A DNA stretch of 64,000 nt from Lama glama. Its lineage: Eukaryota. The notes beneath the pieces are model-generated. The model worked only from the letters and a program-made list of their open reading frames with translations. It was not told where the DNA came from and made no database searches. The stretch spans positions 96,536,001 to 96,600,000 of the forward strand of contig CM052817.1 of NCBI GenBank assembly GCA_028534125.1. Direction: 5' to 3'. A program made the translations under genes and the position numbers. Below, piece by piece: positions 1 to 12,630 of this stretch (position 1 is its first letter; each line of letters begins with the position of its first letter).

Positions 1-1262
1 CATATTGCCTTAGCAGATATTTAAGACAATGTGTCAGAAATGAAAGATATTGTTTGAGTGTGATGTGGAATCCCACAGACAATCAAAAGGGCAGCCAAGT
101 CAATACCAGGGGCCTTGGGATCAGGTCCTGGCTCTGGGCCTCAACTACTCATGGACAGATGGGAGGGGCTGCCAGGCTGTGCCTCAGTTCCTGCCTCTGC
201 AGTTGGAACCCTGGATCATCTAATGCACTGACTCTCCCATCGCCAACCCTGTCAAATACACAGTGGGGTGTGGCCATGTCAATAACGCAGAGACCTCAAA
301 CCAACCACAAAGCAAATGGAGCAGAATGGAATGGAGCCTCAGAATCTTGACCTTTTATGAATACTCCGGTTGATTCCTAATCACAGGAAAGAATGAGAAC
401 CACTACTTTGGTGCCAATTCTAACGGCAGGCAGGAATTACAACTAAGGGGACAAAGTCTGAGATTCTGGGACTCAGCATCAAGTCCCCCTTCTCGGTTTT
501 CTCACCCACGTCTGATCAGTGGGTGTTGCCTGTACACTACAGGCAACTATAATGGCAATACAGTCTCCATCTTGTGTCTTAGTTCAAATAATTGGGATTT
601 TGGTCTTATACCTCCATGATTCCCTGCCTACAACCTGCCTAAAACTAGCCCACTTCAGAAGATCAGTTCTGTGGCCCCATGACTGGAAATCTGTTCCTGA
701 ATTGTTCTGTGGCTGAAGTCTGCCTCTCTGATGACTGCCCTCCTGAAATACAGAATCACTGCCCCTGTGTTTTCCTTTGCTATCTGCCACTCACCTGTCA
801 GAATCATCAGCGCCTGGTGTTTTTGCTGCTTCCCCCAAATCGAGACAACTACTTGTTGCCTATCACCAGAGGCTTCAGATATCATAATCTGGCCCAGCTT
901 TTCTTTTCACTTGGCTTTGTGCCCCCAGAACACCATAACTCTAATGCAAAGGTTGAGTTTTTCTCCTTCATTACACTGTTACAGTTACCTGGGTCATGTC
1001 TAGCCATGCCTCAAAATAACATAAGATATTTTCTAAGGGAACTTTCAGCTAAAATGTTCTACAGTGCTTTGACTTGAGGACCCCCAAAACACATGAAGAT
1101 GGGTAGCAGGAAAGACATTTATGAATGAGTGGATTTCTCAAGTGTTCCCGTATTCCTCCAGGATGGGAGTGAGACAAGGCTACTGGAAATGTAAAGATGA
1201 ACAAAAAGACAGATGAGTCATACAGGCTGGGACCTCAGAGAGTCATGCTAGGTTGTTAAACG

Positions 1263-1371
1263 TAGAGTGACCAACTCTCTCAGTTTCCCAAGACTGAGGG
1301 GTTTCTGGGATGGGACTTTCAGGGCTCAAATTGGAAAAGGTCTAGACATACTAAATGAATTGGCCACCCTA
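1263..1371. mobile_element. MER81-like hAT-Blackjack MITE
   Basis: Terminal inverted repeats TAGAGTGACCA...TGGCCACCCTA. Length is about 110 bp, and the internal GACTGAGGGGTTTC...GGGACTTTCAG resembles the recalled MER81 consensus. Confidence 0.75.
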
Positions 1372-1496
1372 GAATTTGAAATTGTTTGGAGCTATGCTGA
1401 ATCAAAGATTCGAGATGTGAAAGAATTGTACCAAGAAGGAAAGGAAATTAGATTTTCTTTCCTGTATTTTGAGAAAAATATGTAAATACCAGAATT

Positions 1497-1710
1497 CATG
1501 AATAAAGCGCCTCCTCTGTGTCAGGCATTGCCCATATATAATCTTTCTCAGTCCTCACAACTATCTTATGAAGCAGTTATTGCAGGTTTCATTTTCCAGA
1601 TGAGGAAACAGAAGCACAGAAAAGTAGGTAACTAGGTAAGACCACAAGACTAGCAAGTTGTAAAGCCAAGACACAAACCCAGGCAACTTGGCTTTATCCA
1701 TTTAATCACC
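1497..1710 (-). mobile_element. MIR SINE
   Basis: Reverse-complement MIR core CAGATGAGGAAACAGAAGCACAGA. Confidence 0.8.
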
Positions 1711-1848
1711 TCAATTCTCTACGGTATTGCATATAGACTGCAAGAATGTTACAGTTACAGGAAACCATAGCAACTATTTAGTTAGCCTAAACTCCTCATT
1801 TTATTAATGGTAAACCATAGGCCCAGATATTATGAAAGACTTGGGAAG

Positions 1849-2085
1849 ACAGTGCGTAAATCAGAAAGAACATAGGGTTAGAGACGAACAACCTGGGTTT
1901 AATCCCTATCTCTGCCACCTGTTAACTGTGTCACTTGTGCAGATTACTCAGCCTCTCTATAGCTCAATTCCGTCGTCTGTGAAATGGGGATAATAATCTC
2001 TATTTATCAGGGAGATTTCAGGATTAAATAAGACAATGGATGTAAAGTATTTAGAGGAGTTCCTTGCCTACAGTAAGGGATCTAT
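1849..2085 (+). mobile_element. MIR SINE, near full length
   Basis: CTGGGTTTAATCCC...CTGTGAAATGGGGATAATAAT...GATTAAAT matches the MIR layout. Confidence 0.85.
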
Positions 2086-2134
2086 AGATGGGATTACCAC
2101 TAGATTCATTGTTAGTAGTAAGACTACAACTGCC

Positions 2135-2257
2135 TAGTAGTTACTACTAATATCTACTATTACTACTACCACTACCAAGTAGTTACTACTACTGCTGCCG
2201 CTACTAGTATGACTCCTGCTTCTGTCACATCATCATCATCATCATCATCATCATCAT
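2135..2257. repeat. Degenerate (TAC)n low-complexity tract followed by a (CAT)10 microsatellite
   Basis: Directly visible; the perfect CAT array spans 2228-2257. Confidence 0.9.
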
Positions 2258-2949
2258 GCCAGACCACACAGCCATCAATTACAGAAGCAGGCTTAAGATC
2301 TGGTTGCCTACCTTATCATGATGACACAGGCTCTTTCTTATTATAGAAGCAACATTAAAACCCCACCTGAGAAAGCATTTAATAAAGACTCTTGACATCC
2401 AAAAGATTGCTTGCAATGTGGCCACAAAGTTGCAGATAAGAAGGTACAAAAATGTAAATGGCATAGAGCACAAAGAAGCAAACCCGATACCACTTGGGTT
2501 TTGGGAATCTTGGGCACTAATGATGTTTCTTTAGAATATTTTCCAAGGAAAATAGAGATCAAGTATATATATATTGGGTTTTAGTTTATTTTTTTATTTC
2601 TTTTGGCTTCTGTATGTGTATTCTAAATGCATCGAAGATAGTCAACCCCTCTGGATTTTGTAGCAGAGATTGGAGAGTGTGATAACACAGCATCCACAAG
2701 CTAACTCAACACAGGTCTAAGTTTATGGAGCTGCATTTCTGTCAAAGTCAACAAAACAACAGACCTAAAGGGATTTCAGTTCTGTGAGGGGATTTTGGCT
2801 TTGAAAGAAGCCATCTTTCTCTCTTCTCCACTTGACATAATGAAATGTTATTAACACATGTTCAGATGTATAAACATTTCTAAATAGGGATATGTGGTAG
2901 AACAGTTTGTAACTCTCTGTGTCAGACACAAGCCATTCCACATAATCAT

Positions 2950-3545
2950 TTTTTCTTATGCAAGTAACATATTACTAGCGTGAAAAATTTACAAAATGAA
3001 TTAATTAAAATAAAATTAAAATCATAATCCCACAATCTGAGATGATTTTTGGCCATACCTTGTTGTTTATATTTTCTTTTTCTAAGCAAATCAAAATTCA
3101 TACAGAAGTAAATATACACAATTTTAATGTATCATACTGTAGTCCTTCTTCCCATAGCAACACATATTTCCATATATAATACATAGAATAATTATTTTGC
3201 AAACCATGGTTTTTAATAGTTGCCTGACAGTCCATATGTTAATGCACTATAAGCTATTAGTCAATCCACTGTTCTTGAAGAGTTGAGTTGTTTACAATTT
3301 TCTTACTGTTACAATGTTTTTATAAACATCCTTGGTTTACATACCTTGGCACATTTGTCTAAGTATTTCCTTAGACATAAAAAATTCCTAGAAATGAAAC
3401 TTCTGAATCAGATACTGCACATTTTAAGGGTTCTTAATATATACTTTGTATTTAGAATATTCTGCAGGTATTTGTAATACGTATACATAAATATTGCCAT
3501 ATTTATCTACAGAACCAGTGCACTAATTTGCACTTCCAGCAGGGG
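2950..3545 (-). mobile_element. Old L1M (L1ME-like) 3' fragment
   Basis: Degenerate antisense L1 3' motifs, e.g. AATTCCTAGAAATGAAACTTCTGAATCA and CTAATTTGCACTTCCAGCA. Confidence 0.6.
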
Positions 3546-4419
3546 GGATCAGCGAGCTTGCCCCATTGCCCTTTATGGCTGAGTGAGCCATGGCTTGCCT
3601 GGGTGGTCATGGCTTCCCACAGAGTGTTTTCTATGAAAACACTCTCATCAGTGCTACTCCTGTGACGTGAGGAAAAGACAGGAGACACACCTAGCTGCGG
3701 GGAGGACTTCTTGCTCCACCTCTGGCTAACAGCTGCTGGCAACGCCCATGTCTAATGTGACGTCCCAGACTATCAAAGGAAAACACCATCCAAAAAGAAC
3801 AAGGCAACTGAGAGACACTACTAGAGAGAAAAGTTCTCGTTTTTAAATGCGTTATCTATTTTGGCTTAACAAATAGGACAGGAAAAAAAAAAAAAAGGAC
3901 TGGCCATGTTTGGCCACTAAGAATAATTTTTCCTCTGAAAATACTAGGGAGAAAAAAGAGAGAGAGGAAAGAGAATCATTACAGATTTCCAAAATCTGCT
4001 ACAAATTTCTTGGCCAGTTAGATTGGAATATTAGAAGGCCCAAAGGACAAAAAACAAACAAATAAATAAAACCCAACTATCTCTTGTGCTTGAGTAATAA
4101 TTTCAATGGTTTCCCACGAGAAGATTTAAAAACATTATAACCTGGGCATCTCCATGGATGTAAGCAGGGGCAGTGCAACAGAATGAGGCAGAATACCTCT
4201 TCCTCATGTGGCTGGCTTTGCATTGAAGGGAGCTACTGCATGCATGTAATTGGGCAGCTCTACCCTCTCCTGGAGCCCACAAAGTCAGCACTGGGGGGGA
4301 CAGCGGACGTGTGTACACCATGGTTAAGGCTGCAGCTGGAAGGAGGCCACAGGACAATGCATGAGGCCATGAGGGAGGGATTTCTTAATTGCCTGGCGCT
4401 TACTACAGCCTTTCCCAAT

Positions 4420-4590
4420 AGCAACTCATTTACTCCTATGACAAATTATACCCATCTTCCAATGGGGAAACTGAGGCATGCAGAGATGAACAATTTTGCC
4501 CAAGATAATACAGCTAATCAGTGGAAGAGCTAAGCTTCAGAACCAGGAAACCCAGCTCTAAACCTCCATGCTCTTAGCCACATGGGTACA
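4420..4590 (-). mobile_element. MIR SINE
   Basis: ATGGGGAAACTGAGGCATGCAGAG core followed by TTGCCCAAGATAATACAGCTA. Confidence 0.8.
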
Positions 4591-4974
4591 CCATCTCTCA
4601 GGGTATAGTGATAGAGACAGGGTAGGACCAAAGTCCTGAAGACTAAGGTTCATGTCCCAGGGCCACCTTCTATTAGCTACTTCTATAAGAGACCAAAGGG
4701 CATTTAATTTCTCTGACTCAGGTTCCTAGTAGAATAGATGTCCTAAAGTTCAGACACTAGCTCTGTCTTCATCTTCCTGTTCCAACCCCCATCCCATGCC
4801 CACCTGAATACAGAGCTCAGCACAGCAACCAGTTCCCCATCCCCAAGAAGCTTCTACTGAATTAAATCTGCATTTGAACTCACTACCCAAATGACTTTCA
4901 TTCACACTAAAGTGTGATCATTATTCCCCTAAAGAAGCCTTTGTTATAAAAACATTGGAACCATCTCTGAACGC

Positions 4975-5300
4975 TGATGAAGGCGGTCAAAAGGTACAAA
5001 TTTATAAGATAAATAAGTACTAGGGATATAATGTACAACATAATTAACATACTTAACACTGTTGTATGTTATGTATGAAAGTTCTTAAAAGAGTAAATTC
5101 TAAGAATTCTCATCACAAGGAAAACTGATTTTTTTTCTTTTCTTTAATTTTTGTACCTATATGAGACAATGGATGTTCACTAAACCTAAACGGTCATCAT
5201 TTCATGTTGTCTGTAAGTCAAGTCATGCTGTACACATTAAACTTATGCAGCGCTAAATCTCAATTAGATCTCAGTAAAACTGCAAGAGAAAATAAATTAA
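4975..5300 (+). mobile_element. L1MA-type 3' UTR end
   Basis: GGTCAAAAGGTACAAA...TTCTCATCACAAG...CTGTACACATTAAACTTA...CTCAGTAAAACTG followed by an A-rich tail. Confidence 0.8.
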
Positions 5301-6254
5301 AATATCAGAATAATAAATCTTGCTTTTCTGAACATTTTGAAGGGGACACAGAGGAGGGAGAGGAAACACATCGCATAGTGCAGCAGAAACGATTTTAAAA
5401 TTCCCCCATAAATATCCCCTTTGATCCTGTAGCTCCACCCTGTCAAGTGGGGAAAGGCACCTTCAATGCCACTTCCTTCTTTCAGTTCCCAGAATTGATA
5501 ACTGAATTTTCTGATAACTGAAAATTTCTGAATTTTCACCTGGCCATCTTTAAGATAAGATCTTTAAGATCTCACCTCTCCCTTATAAGTTGTAAATAAT
5601 TTACTTATTTATAAATAAGTTAACAAGTATGGTCCTCCAATCAGATAATGGATGTGAAAATACCTCAAAAAAGGAACTGTTACATTAATAGCAGTTATCA
5701 TTAATATTCCCCTAAAAGATGGTACAAGCTGAATAACTTAAAACATTAACTTATCTAAATTTATGATTGACATACACGCAATGAGTGACTAGAGGGGGCA
5801 TTTCTTCACGTTGGTGACTGATACCAGGTTAACACTCTCCCACAAACCATGCCTTGGCATGCTGCGTCAGAGACAACATAGAGCCGGTGAGACAAATTTC
5901 CAAATCTGACTTCAAGCAACTCTCTCTTAAAAATGCCAACAGCCTTTTTCCTCCCGTTTGTTAGTTAATCCTTCTGGTCCTTCTCTTACCATCTTACTTT
6001 CTTACTTTCTAAACATCTCAAATGTATATTCTATACCATTGTCTCCATGTTATCCCTCAACACCTCGTTCCTTCTTTACCTTGAAATCCAGACTCTCACT
6101 CTCCAATTCTATGACGAAATGGCTGCTTGTAATTCCACCAAGACCTCCCTGTTGGGAAATACAGTGGCCACGTCACCTTCCTCATTCTTCTGACCCTCCA
6201 GACTGCATGCGACATTTTCAAGGCAACCTAGGGAAGAGTTTCAACGAAGAGGAT

Positions 6255-6848
6255 TCCTACTCAAAGTCAGATAATATGAATCAATTTGTCCAATTGTCTT
6301 TTTTCAATTTTAAAGGTGTATATTTCAACCTCCTACTTTGCTCACTCAAATTCTTCCATACTAGATAGTTCATATATGAATGAAATTTGATAGAGGTCTT
6401 CCCAAATTTGACAGCAATCTTAACAATTGACATGACATTACCAGGAACAAGTTATAAAGCTGAACATATTTTTTTGGCATTGTTCATAGTAAAAAATAAA
6501 TTTCAATCATCCAGAGAGAAGACTGAATTGCATTTTCTCTATGAAAAATATTACAAAATTACTATCTTAGGCAGAAGTGATTAAAAATTGTAGTCAAAAA
6601 ATACAGGGGAAAACAGTAATGTGGAAGTGTTCAGGGCAGCATATTAATAAAAACATTATGCTATTTTTTCTGGATTTATGGTAATATCATATTTCCCAGA
6701 TTTTGTTCACTTACAGCTTCTCATGATTTTTTATTTGTCATAAATATTTACTTTTTAAAGATGCTTGTGTTTTTAATTCTGTAAATAGATTTTAAGGAAG
6801 ATGTCCTCAAATTGTGGAAGCTTCAGGCCCGTCCAAACTTGCATCCTA
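6255..6848 (+). mobile_element. hAT-Tip100 (Zaphod-like) DNA transposon 3' part with a decayed transposase C-terminus
   Basis: ORF 6387-6584 reads VFPNLTAILTIDMTLPGTSYKAEHIFLALFIVKNKFQS, resembling the hAT dimerisation motif FPNL..I..TLP.T...AERSFS.L...KN..RS. The end AAGCTTCAGGCCCGTCCAAACTTGCATCC resembles a Zaphod/MER115-type terminus. Confidence 0.7.
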
Positions 6849-7151
6849 TTAATTATACACTAGCTCTTCTGTCTTAGGAATATAGACTATTAACTCAAGT
6901 GCTTTGCTGGATAATAAAAATGAGGTATTATTATTCAGATCTCGTTAAATGACGGTAACTCCCCTCATTTCTTCCATCTTCCTGGCCCCCTACTATTTCC
7001 CTGTCTCTGAGTGTACTCACAACAGTGCTACATGCTGAGGATATAGGATAAATATATAGTACCTTTGCCTCAGGTAGATTTGAGCCTACTGAGGAAGAAA
7101 ACGTGAACACTAACGTAATAGCAACGAACAAATCTGACTCTGTATTACATC

Positions 7152-7633
7152 TGTTCCTGAAGCTCTAACCCTGTGCTCTGTTTCCTGTGCTGAGCCATGC
7201 TGGTTCTGCACCTTTTGTAAAAGAATGTTGCCTAGAGCCTGAAATACACAGGAGAGCCCATTCTCCAGGCTCTGACCTTTAAGGGTATAATACTTTTCTA
7301 TCCATATAGAGATAAACAGTTGCAGAACAGAGAGTGACATTCATTGTGTTGGAGGTTTACAGGAACATCATGACTTGACCCATGTGGACAGCTGTGAGAA
7401 CAAAGGATTTCCACACCAAGAAGTTTGCAACAACCAACCACATCCCCTCCCCTTTTTAGTATAAAAGGAGCCTGAATTCTGACTTGGGTAAGATGGTTCT
7501 CCAGTCATTAGTTCCCCCATCTTCTTGGTCTGTTGGCTTTCCAAATAAAGTCATTTTTCCTTGCCCCAACACCTCATCTCCCAATTTATTGGCCTGTGGT
7601 ACAGCGAGCAGAACAAGTTTGAGCTCGGTAACA
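7152..7633 (+). mobile_element. ERV1-type solo LTR (MER41-like)
   Basis: TATAAAA at 7460-7466, AATAAA at 7544-7549, terminus GCTCGGTAACA. The 5' boundary is approximate. Confidence 0.75.
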
Positions 7634-7752
7634 GTAATAATTATGCAATAACTTGATAACTACTCTGAAGGAGTTAAGAGCAGAGTGCAGAACGGAGAGA
7701 GACTGATTACATGTTGGAAATTCAGGAAAAGGATCACAATAAAAGGTAATAG

Positions 7753-8227
7753 TGTAACCAAATAGGACCCTGTGGGGCCTTCTCGGGTGGACCACCCCCA
7801 ATCCCATATCCTCGGCTGTACCTCCTCTCTGAAGTACTCAGATAATAGTATCTCATGTATATTTCCTTATTTTTACAGATGCAAAAACCACCACCAGCGG
7901 GAAGAAATTAACTACTTGATAATCGAGAGCCCGTGGCCCCCAGACTTTCTGGTGCCCAGGGGTTGATAGTGTTGACTGCCCTGTTACCTCAACATCACAC
8001 AGTCAGAGAATTGTGCACCAGCTGATCACATACTCTGTGACCCCCCTCCCTCACCTGGCCTTTAACTATGCTTTGCTGAAACCCTTCAGGGAGTTAGGAG
8101 TTTTCTTGGGCATGAGCCACCCCGTCCTCCTTGCTGGGCCCTGCAATAAACCTGTCTCTGCTCCAAACTCCAACGTTTCAGTTTGGCCTCACGGTATGTC
8201 AGGGACACAAACTTGTCTTCAGTAACA
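7753..8227 (+). mobile_element. ERV1-type solo LTR (second, different family)
   Basis: TGTAAC...GTAACA termini, AATAAA at 8145-8150, LTR-like length and composition. Confidence 0.7.
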
Positions 8228-8529
8228 GAAGCTGAACCGACACTGAAAGAATGGAGGAAGGACGCCTGGAGAGGAGGGAGAGGGCAACCCCGGGAGGAAA
8301 GTCACAGGTGAACTTCTGTAAGCAGAGCAGCTAAGTCATTCTCAAGAACACAGTCAGATACGCTGTGCTGGCACACAGACAGCAAAGGAACAGAAGAAAA
8401 CAAGCCACTATAAGAAGAATCACTAGCTTCTCAGAAGAATTAATAAAAGATAAGTTTATTCGTGGCATCCCCTATGATACCAAATGTTTATAAAGCTAGA
8501 AAATTTGCCAGCGCAAGCTCAGAGAGGCT

Positions 8530-8712
8530 GGAGCACTGAATCCTTCAACACTTGTTAGCTGTGTCACCCAGGACAACTGTGTAATTCCCTAAGCCTCAGA
8601 TTCCTCATCTGTGAAATGATCATATTAGCACTTAGATCCAAAACTTGTCATGAGGATTAGACCAATTGTGCGTACTGGAAAGTAATGTTGAGCAGATGTT
8701 ATCTCTTATTAT
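8530..8712 (+). mobile_element. MIR SINE fragment
   Basis: AGCTGTGTCACC...GCCTCAGATTCCTCATCTGTGAAATG. Confidence 0.75.
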
Positions 8713-10612
8713 CAATTGAGGCCAACATACCCAGGTTTTTTCTAATAAAGAGAGTGGCGAATTGCCCATCTCTTTGTTATACTGACGATTAACTTCGGGA
8801 AAGTCAGTACCTGTCAGCCACCAGAACAGTCAAGCTGGAAGCAGGAATACGTTCTTGCAAATAGCCAGAGCCAGGCAAAGAATTCCAGAAATGCTCTCAC
8901 ATTCTCTATGACATTCCTTTAAGCACCAAATAATTTAAACACACAGCCAAAGCACTCCACATCAGAAATATACACACAGGATATAAAGGCCAAAAAACAA
9001 ATCACAGTTAAAAATAATCCTCTGTAAGGAAGTAAGCACTTAATTCTCTGTGCTGTAAGACGTTGTTCAGAATATACCTCCATACAAGGGAAGATCTTGT
9101 CACTTTCAGGGTGGTAGGAGTGTCTCCAGGCTGTGCTGTTCTGCACTCCTTGGAAAGACCTCTTTTTTAGACAATTGCACCTGAAGCAATAGCTTGATAG
9201 AATCCAGCCTTAATAGAATTAATTGCTTATTTAATGCTAAAATTGCACATTTTTTTAAATAGGGATGTCAACCTCCTGGATTTAATCAAAGAAAAATACA
9301 GAACAGTGAACTGTGTTGTTTCAGTCCAGAAGGCCCTTGAATTTGTCACTTTAGAATTAAAAGGTAAATATTCAGTCCTAAAGATACTGGGTAAGGGCAG
9401 CTGATAGATCTGTCTTCTCACGATTAAGCCATCCTCTTGGTTTCTGTGACTGGCGATTCTGAAGCTCCATCTACCAGTTGATTCTCCCAAAAAACGTGGC
9501 TGTAATAACAATCTGTGAATATTGGTTGATTTGGTTGGGTTTGGTTTGGAATACTATGGTACAAAACGTTCATTACCTAGAACCTGAAATACACAACAAT
9601 TTCTTAAGCAGGTAACAATTTCCCCTGAGCACAAAAACACAGGAAATTATGCTCTCAAAAGTGTTATCAATCAGATCTGAACCACTGCTGGCCATCATAT
9701 GAGAATATGTAAATGTGAGACCCCGAACTTATTCATTTCTTGGCTTTTTCCCAAGCCCCAATTTCACCAGGTATGTTGTGCCAGAAGATTCTAACAACCC
9801 TGCCCAATAACCTCTTACCAGAGAAGCAATGCGTCATGAAAGGAGAAGGGACAAATCATGTCTTGAAGGAGGATATGCATGAAAGGAGGGTGGTGTCCTT
9901 TCACTGGAAAGACGCCCCTTTACAGCTCTCACTGCATGAGACTGACAGTCGTGAGATGACGGGGAGAGCACTGAGCAGCTCTGCAGCCATTTGTGCCTAG
10001 AGAGTTACAACTTCCGAAGACCGTGGACACGGACTGATGGACCCAATGGCTTCCCACCAAACTGAATGGTTTAACCTGGCCATCTGAGAGCAAGTGATCA
10101 CAGAACATCTCTAGGGGAAAACACTACATGGGTGGTAAGTTTTATGGTCCATCAGAGGATCGTTATATGGTGACATTGGAGACAATCTTGAGGTAGCATG
10201 AGTTTTAGGGGAAAAAAATTACATTTTAAGAGCATTGCCTTTAAGAAGGGACTCAGAGAAAATAGGGTAGATAATAGCGTTATTAGGCTCCATCCAGCCA
10301 CATGCCTTTTGCTTATGTTTCCTCCCACCTCAATGTTAGGAAAGAAGTCCTAAAAATGTTTTATTGAGGGAGAAGCACAGGGCTTCTATTATTTCCACAT
10401 GCACCCTTCTCAGGGCTACACATCATCAGCCATGCTTAAATGAAGTGCAGTATTTCCTGAATTTGCAGCTAGCGGGGCTACCTGGGAACCTGCCTTCATA
10501 CTCTCAGCCCATCCTGGGGTCTTTACCAGATTTGAGATATACCAACAGCCTACAGAATTTCATGTTTATCTCACTGGAGAAAGTTAGGTCTGGTGGTGTT
10601 AATATTTAAAAG

Positions 10613-10835
10613 CAGTGTTTCCCAACGTTTCCCACATCACAGCACTTAGAGAAAGGGATAGTATCCCTACTCTGCAGTAAGCAGATAAGGCAGCGTCTGT
10701 CCAGAAGTAACTAGCGGGGCGAGGAGAGGAAAGTGGAAGTGAGGAGTTCAGAGACCCTACCTTATGCCCCATCATCCTGGACTACATAGATCAGTGGTCC
10801 AAGAATCCAGCACAGCATCTGCCAGGGAGATACTG
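10613..10835. mobile_element. hAT-Charlie MITE (Charlie15a-like)
   Basis: TIRs CAGTGTTTCCC / GGGAGATACTG, 223 bp long, with similar 8-bp flanks TTTAAAAG / CCTTAAAG. Confidence 0.65.
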
Positions 10836-11064
10836 CCTTAAAGAGTATGGATGTTTCAAGTGGTCCCTGGGATGTATAAATAAGATTCTGAGGTCCTTGT
10901 GGTATCAGTAGCCTTTATGTAATGAAACTGGAGGCTACCATCATTATTATTTATCAAAAGGTAATACTTCTACATTGCTAAATAATTTTGGCTGCTATGA
11001 AAACATTTCATAAACAAAACATTCAGTTACAGCCTTAATTTCATCTTTTAATTCTCTAAGGGGT

Positions 11065-11290
11065 TGGCATGAATGTAGTGGAAAGCACAGGCTTTCAAGT
11101 AAAAAGTCCTCCTTGCAAATGTTGATTGTGCCCACGTAGGGCCAAGGACAGACCTCACATCCTCTCTGAGCCTCGGTTTTCCCAGATTCAATGGGACAAC
11201 AATACCGACTTCAAAAGGTAACTATGATTTTAAAATAAGTTTGAAAAGCTGGTAGCACAGAGAAATAGATATGTATTAAATATTAGCTCA
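11065..11290 (+). mobile_element. MIR SINE, diverged
   Basis: GTAGTGGAAAGCACAGGCTTT...CTCTCTGAGCCTCGGTTTTCC...AAATATTAGCT. Confidence 0.65.
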
Positions 11291-12630
11291 CTTCCTCTCC
11301 ATGGAAGGGAGTTGTTATTATAAGCAGTTAAATTCCCGTATCTGCTGTCTTACTTTACTCCTTTCTCCTTCATTCTGTTGTCCTCCATCCTCTGCCCTCT
11401 GCCACCTGCCTCTCTGCCTCCTTGCCTAGTTTTCTATTTCTACATTGTCTGCTGCCTCCCTTCTTATTGGGCTCTTACTTTCTTCTCTCTCAAAACTGGG
11501 GCAAGGAGGGAGGAAAGGGGGCATGGATGGGAACAAACAGGAAATAGGGTCATTTAATTCAATGCAGCTCCCAGCTCTTACAAGGCATTACCCAAATCAT
11601 TTCAAGTAATAGTAAAAAATAAAAGAAAATAAATCATCTTTATCAGGCAATCACTGGGTTCAAGCCCTGTACTGTTTTACCTCTCAATTTCCATCAATAC
11701 TTTTTATATCAGTAGTTCTCAACTTTTTATCACTTTATATGCCAGGAAAAGCCAAAACAGATGCATCAGTAGGAACTGTCCATGCAAATAGTGAGTCTTG
11801 TTAAAAGAAAAGGACCTACATATTAGGTACTCAAGTAATATTTGTTTATTGCATTAATGTTTCAAATATTCACCAACACAAGTACTTGAGGATGCAAATT
11901 TGAGCTGTGCTATGAATTCACAAACTATACACAAAGCTATTGCTCTAGACCTAAGAAACCATTGAGTTAAACCTAAAATAAACTTGAAAGAAAGATAGTA
12001 GATATTTACAAACTCTTTCTTTTATAATTTTTTTCATTATCATCTGTGATACAGGAAAAGTACTGAATGTACTTCTCCTAGTCTAATCACCAAAAAAAAA
12101 AACAAAGAAAGAAAGAATTAAAAAGAAACTGACTTTAACAGTGTGGTGGAGACAGCAAGAATCAGCACACCAATAAAATCTCCAGGACTGGATGATTCAG
12201 TAGCTCTCAACCTTTACACCACTTGACATGCCAGGAAAAGGCAACACAGATGCAACAAAGAGTTTGCAGGCTGGGACACATCTCCCACCGCTTTCTGAAA
12301 TGCTTGCTCTAGCGGTACAGATACTGTGAACTTAGCTGAAAAGAGCAGGCATCATACCGTCTTGGTAAGCTTCTAAACAAAAATGTCAACATGGTTGGAA
12401 AGGCAGTAACACGAACCATCTGCAACTGCCACTGATATAAAGCAAGCATAGAAGTTGGAGAGCATATGAGTCATTTTCACAGTCATCTCAATAACAGCTT
12501 TGTCCACAGGCGCTGCTTGTAGCTTTTAAATTAATAATTACTGTTGTTATTCTTTGTGTTGCAATCACTCATAGGGTTCTAGACATAGAGCCATGTGGGG
12601 AAAGGGATTCTGAAGGGGTAGGGTATCCAA

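Noticed and set aside
679..1077. 132-aa + strand ORF (likewise 5958-6368 and 22506-22865)
   Set aside because: No recognisable domain or splice context; length and composition fit chance ORFs in non-coding or L1 DNA.
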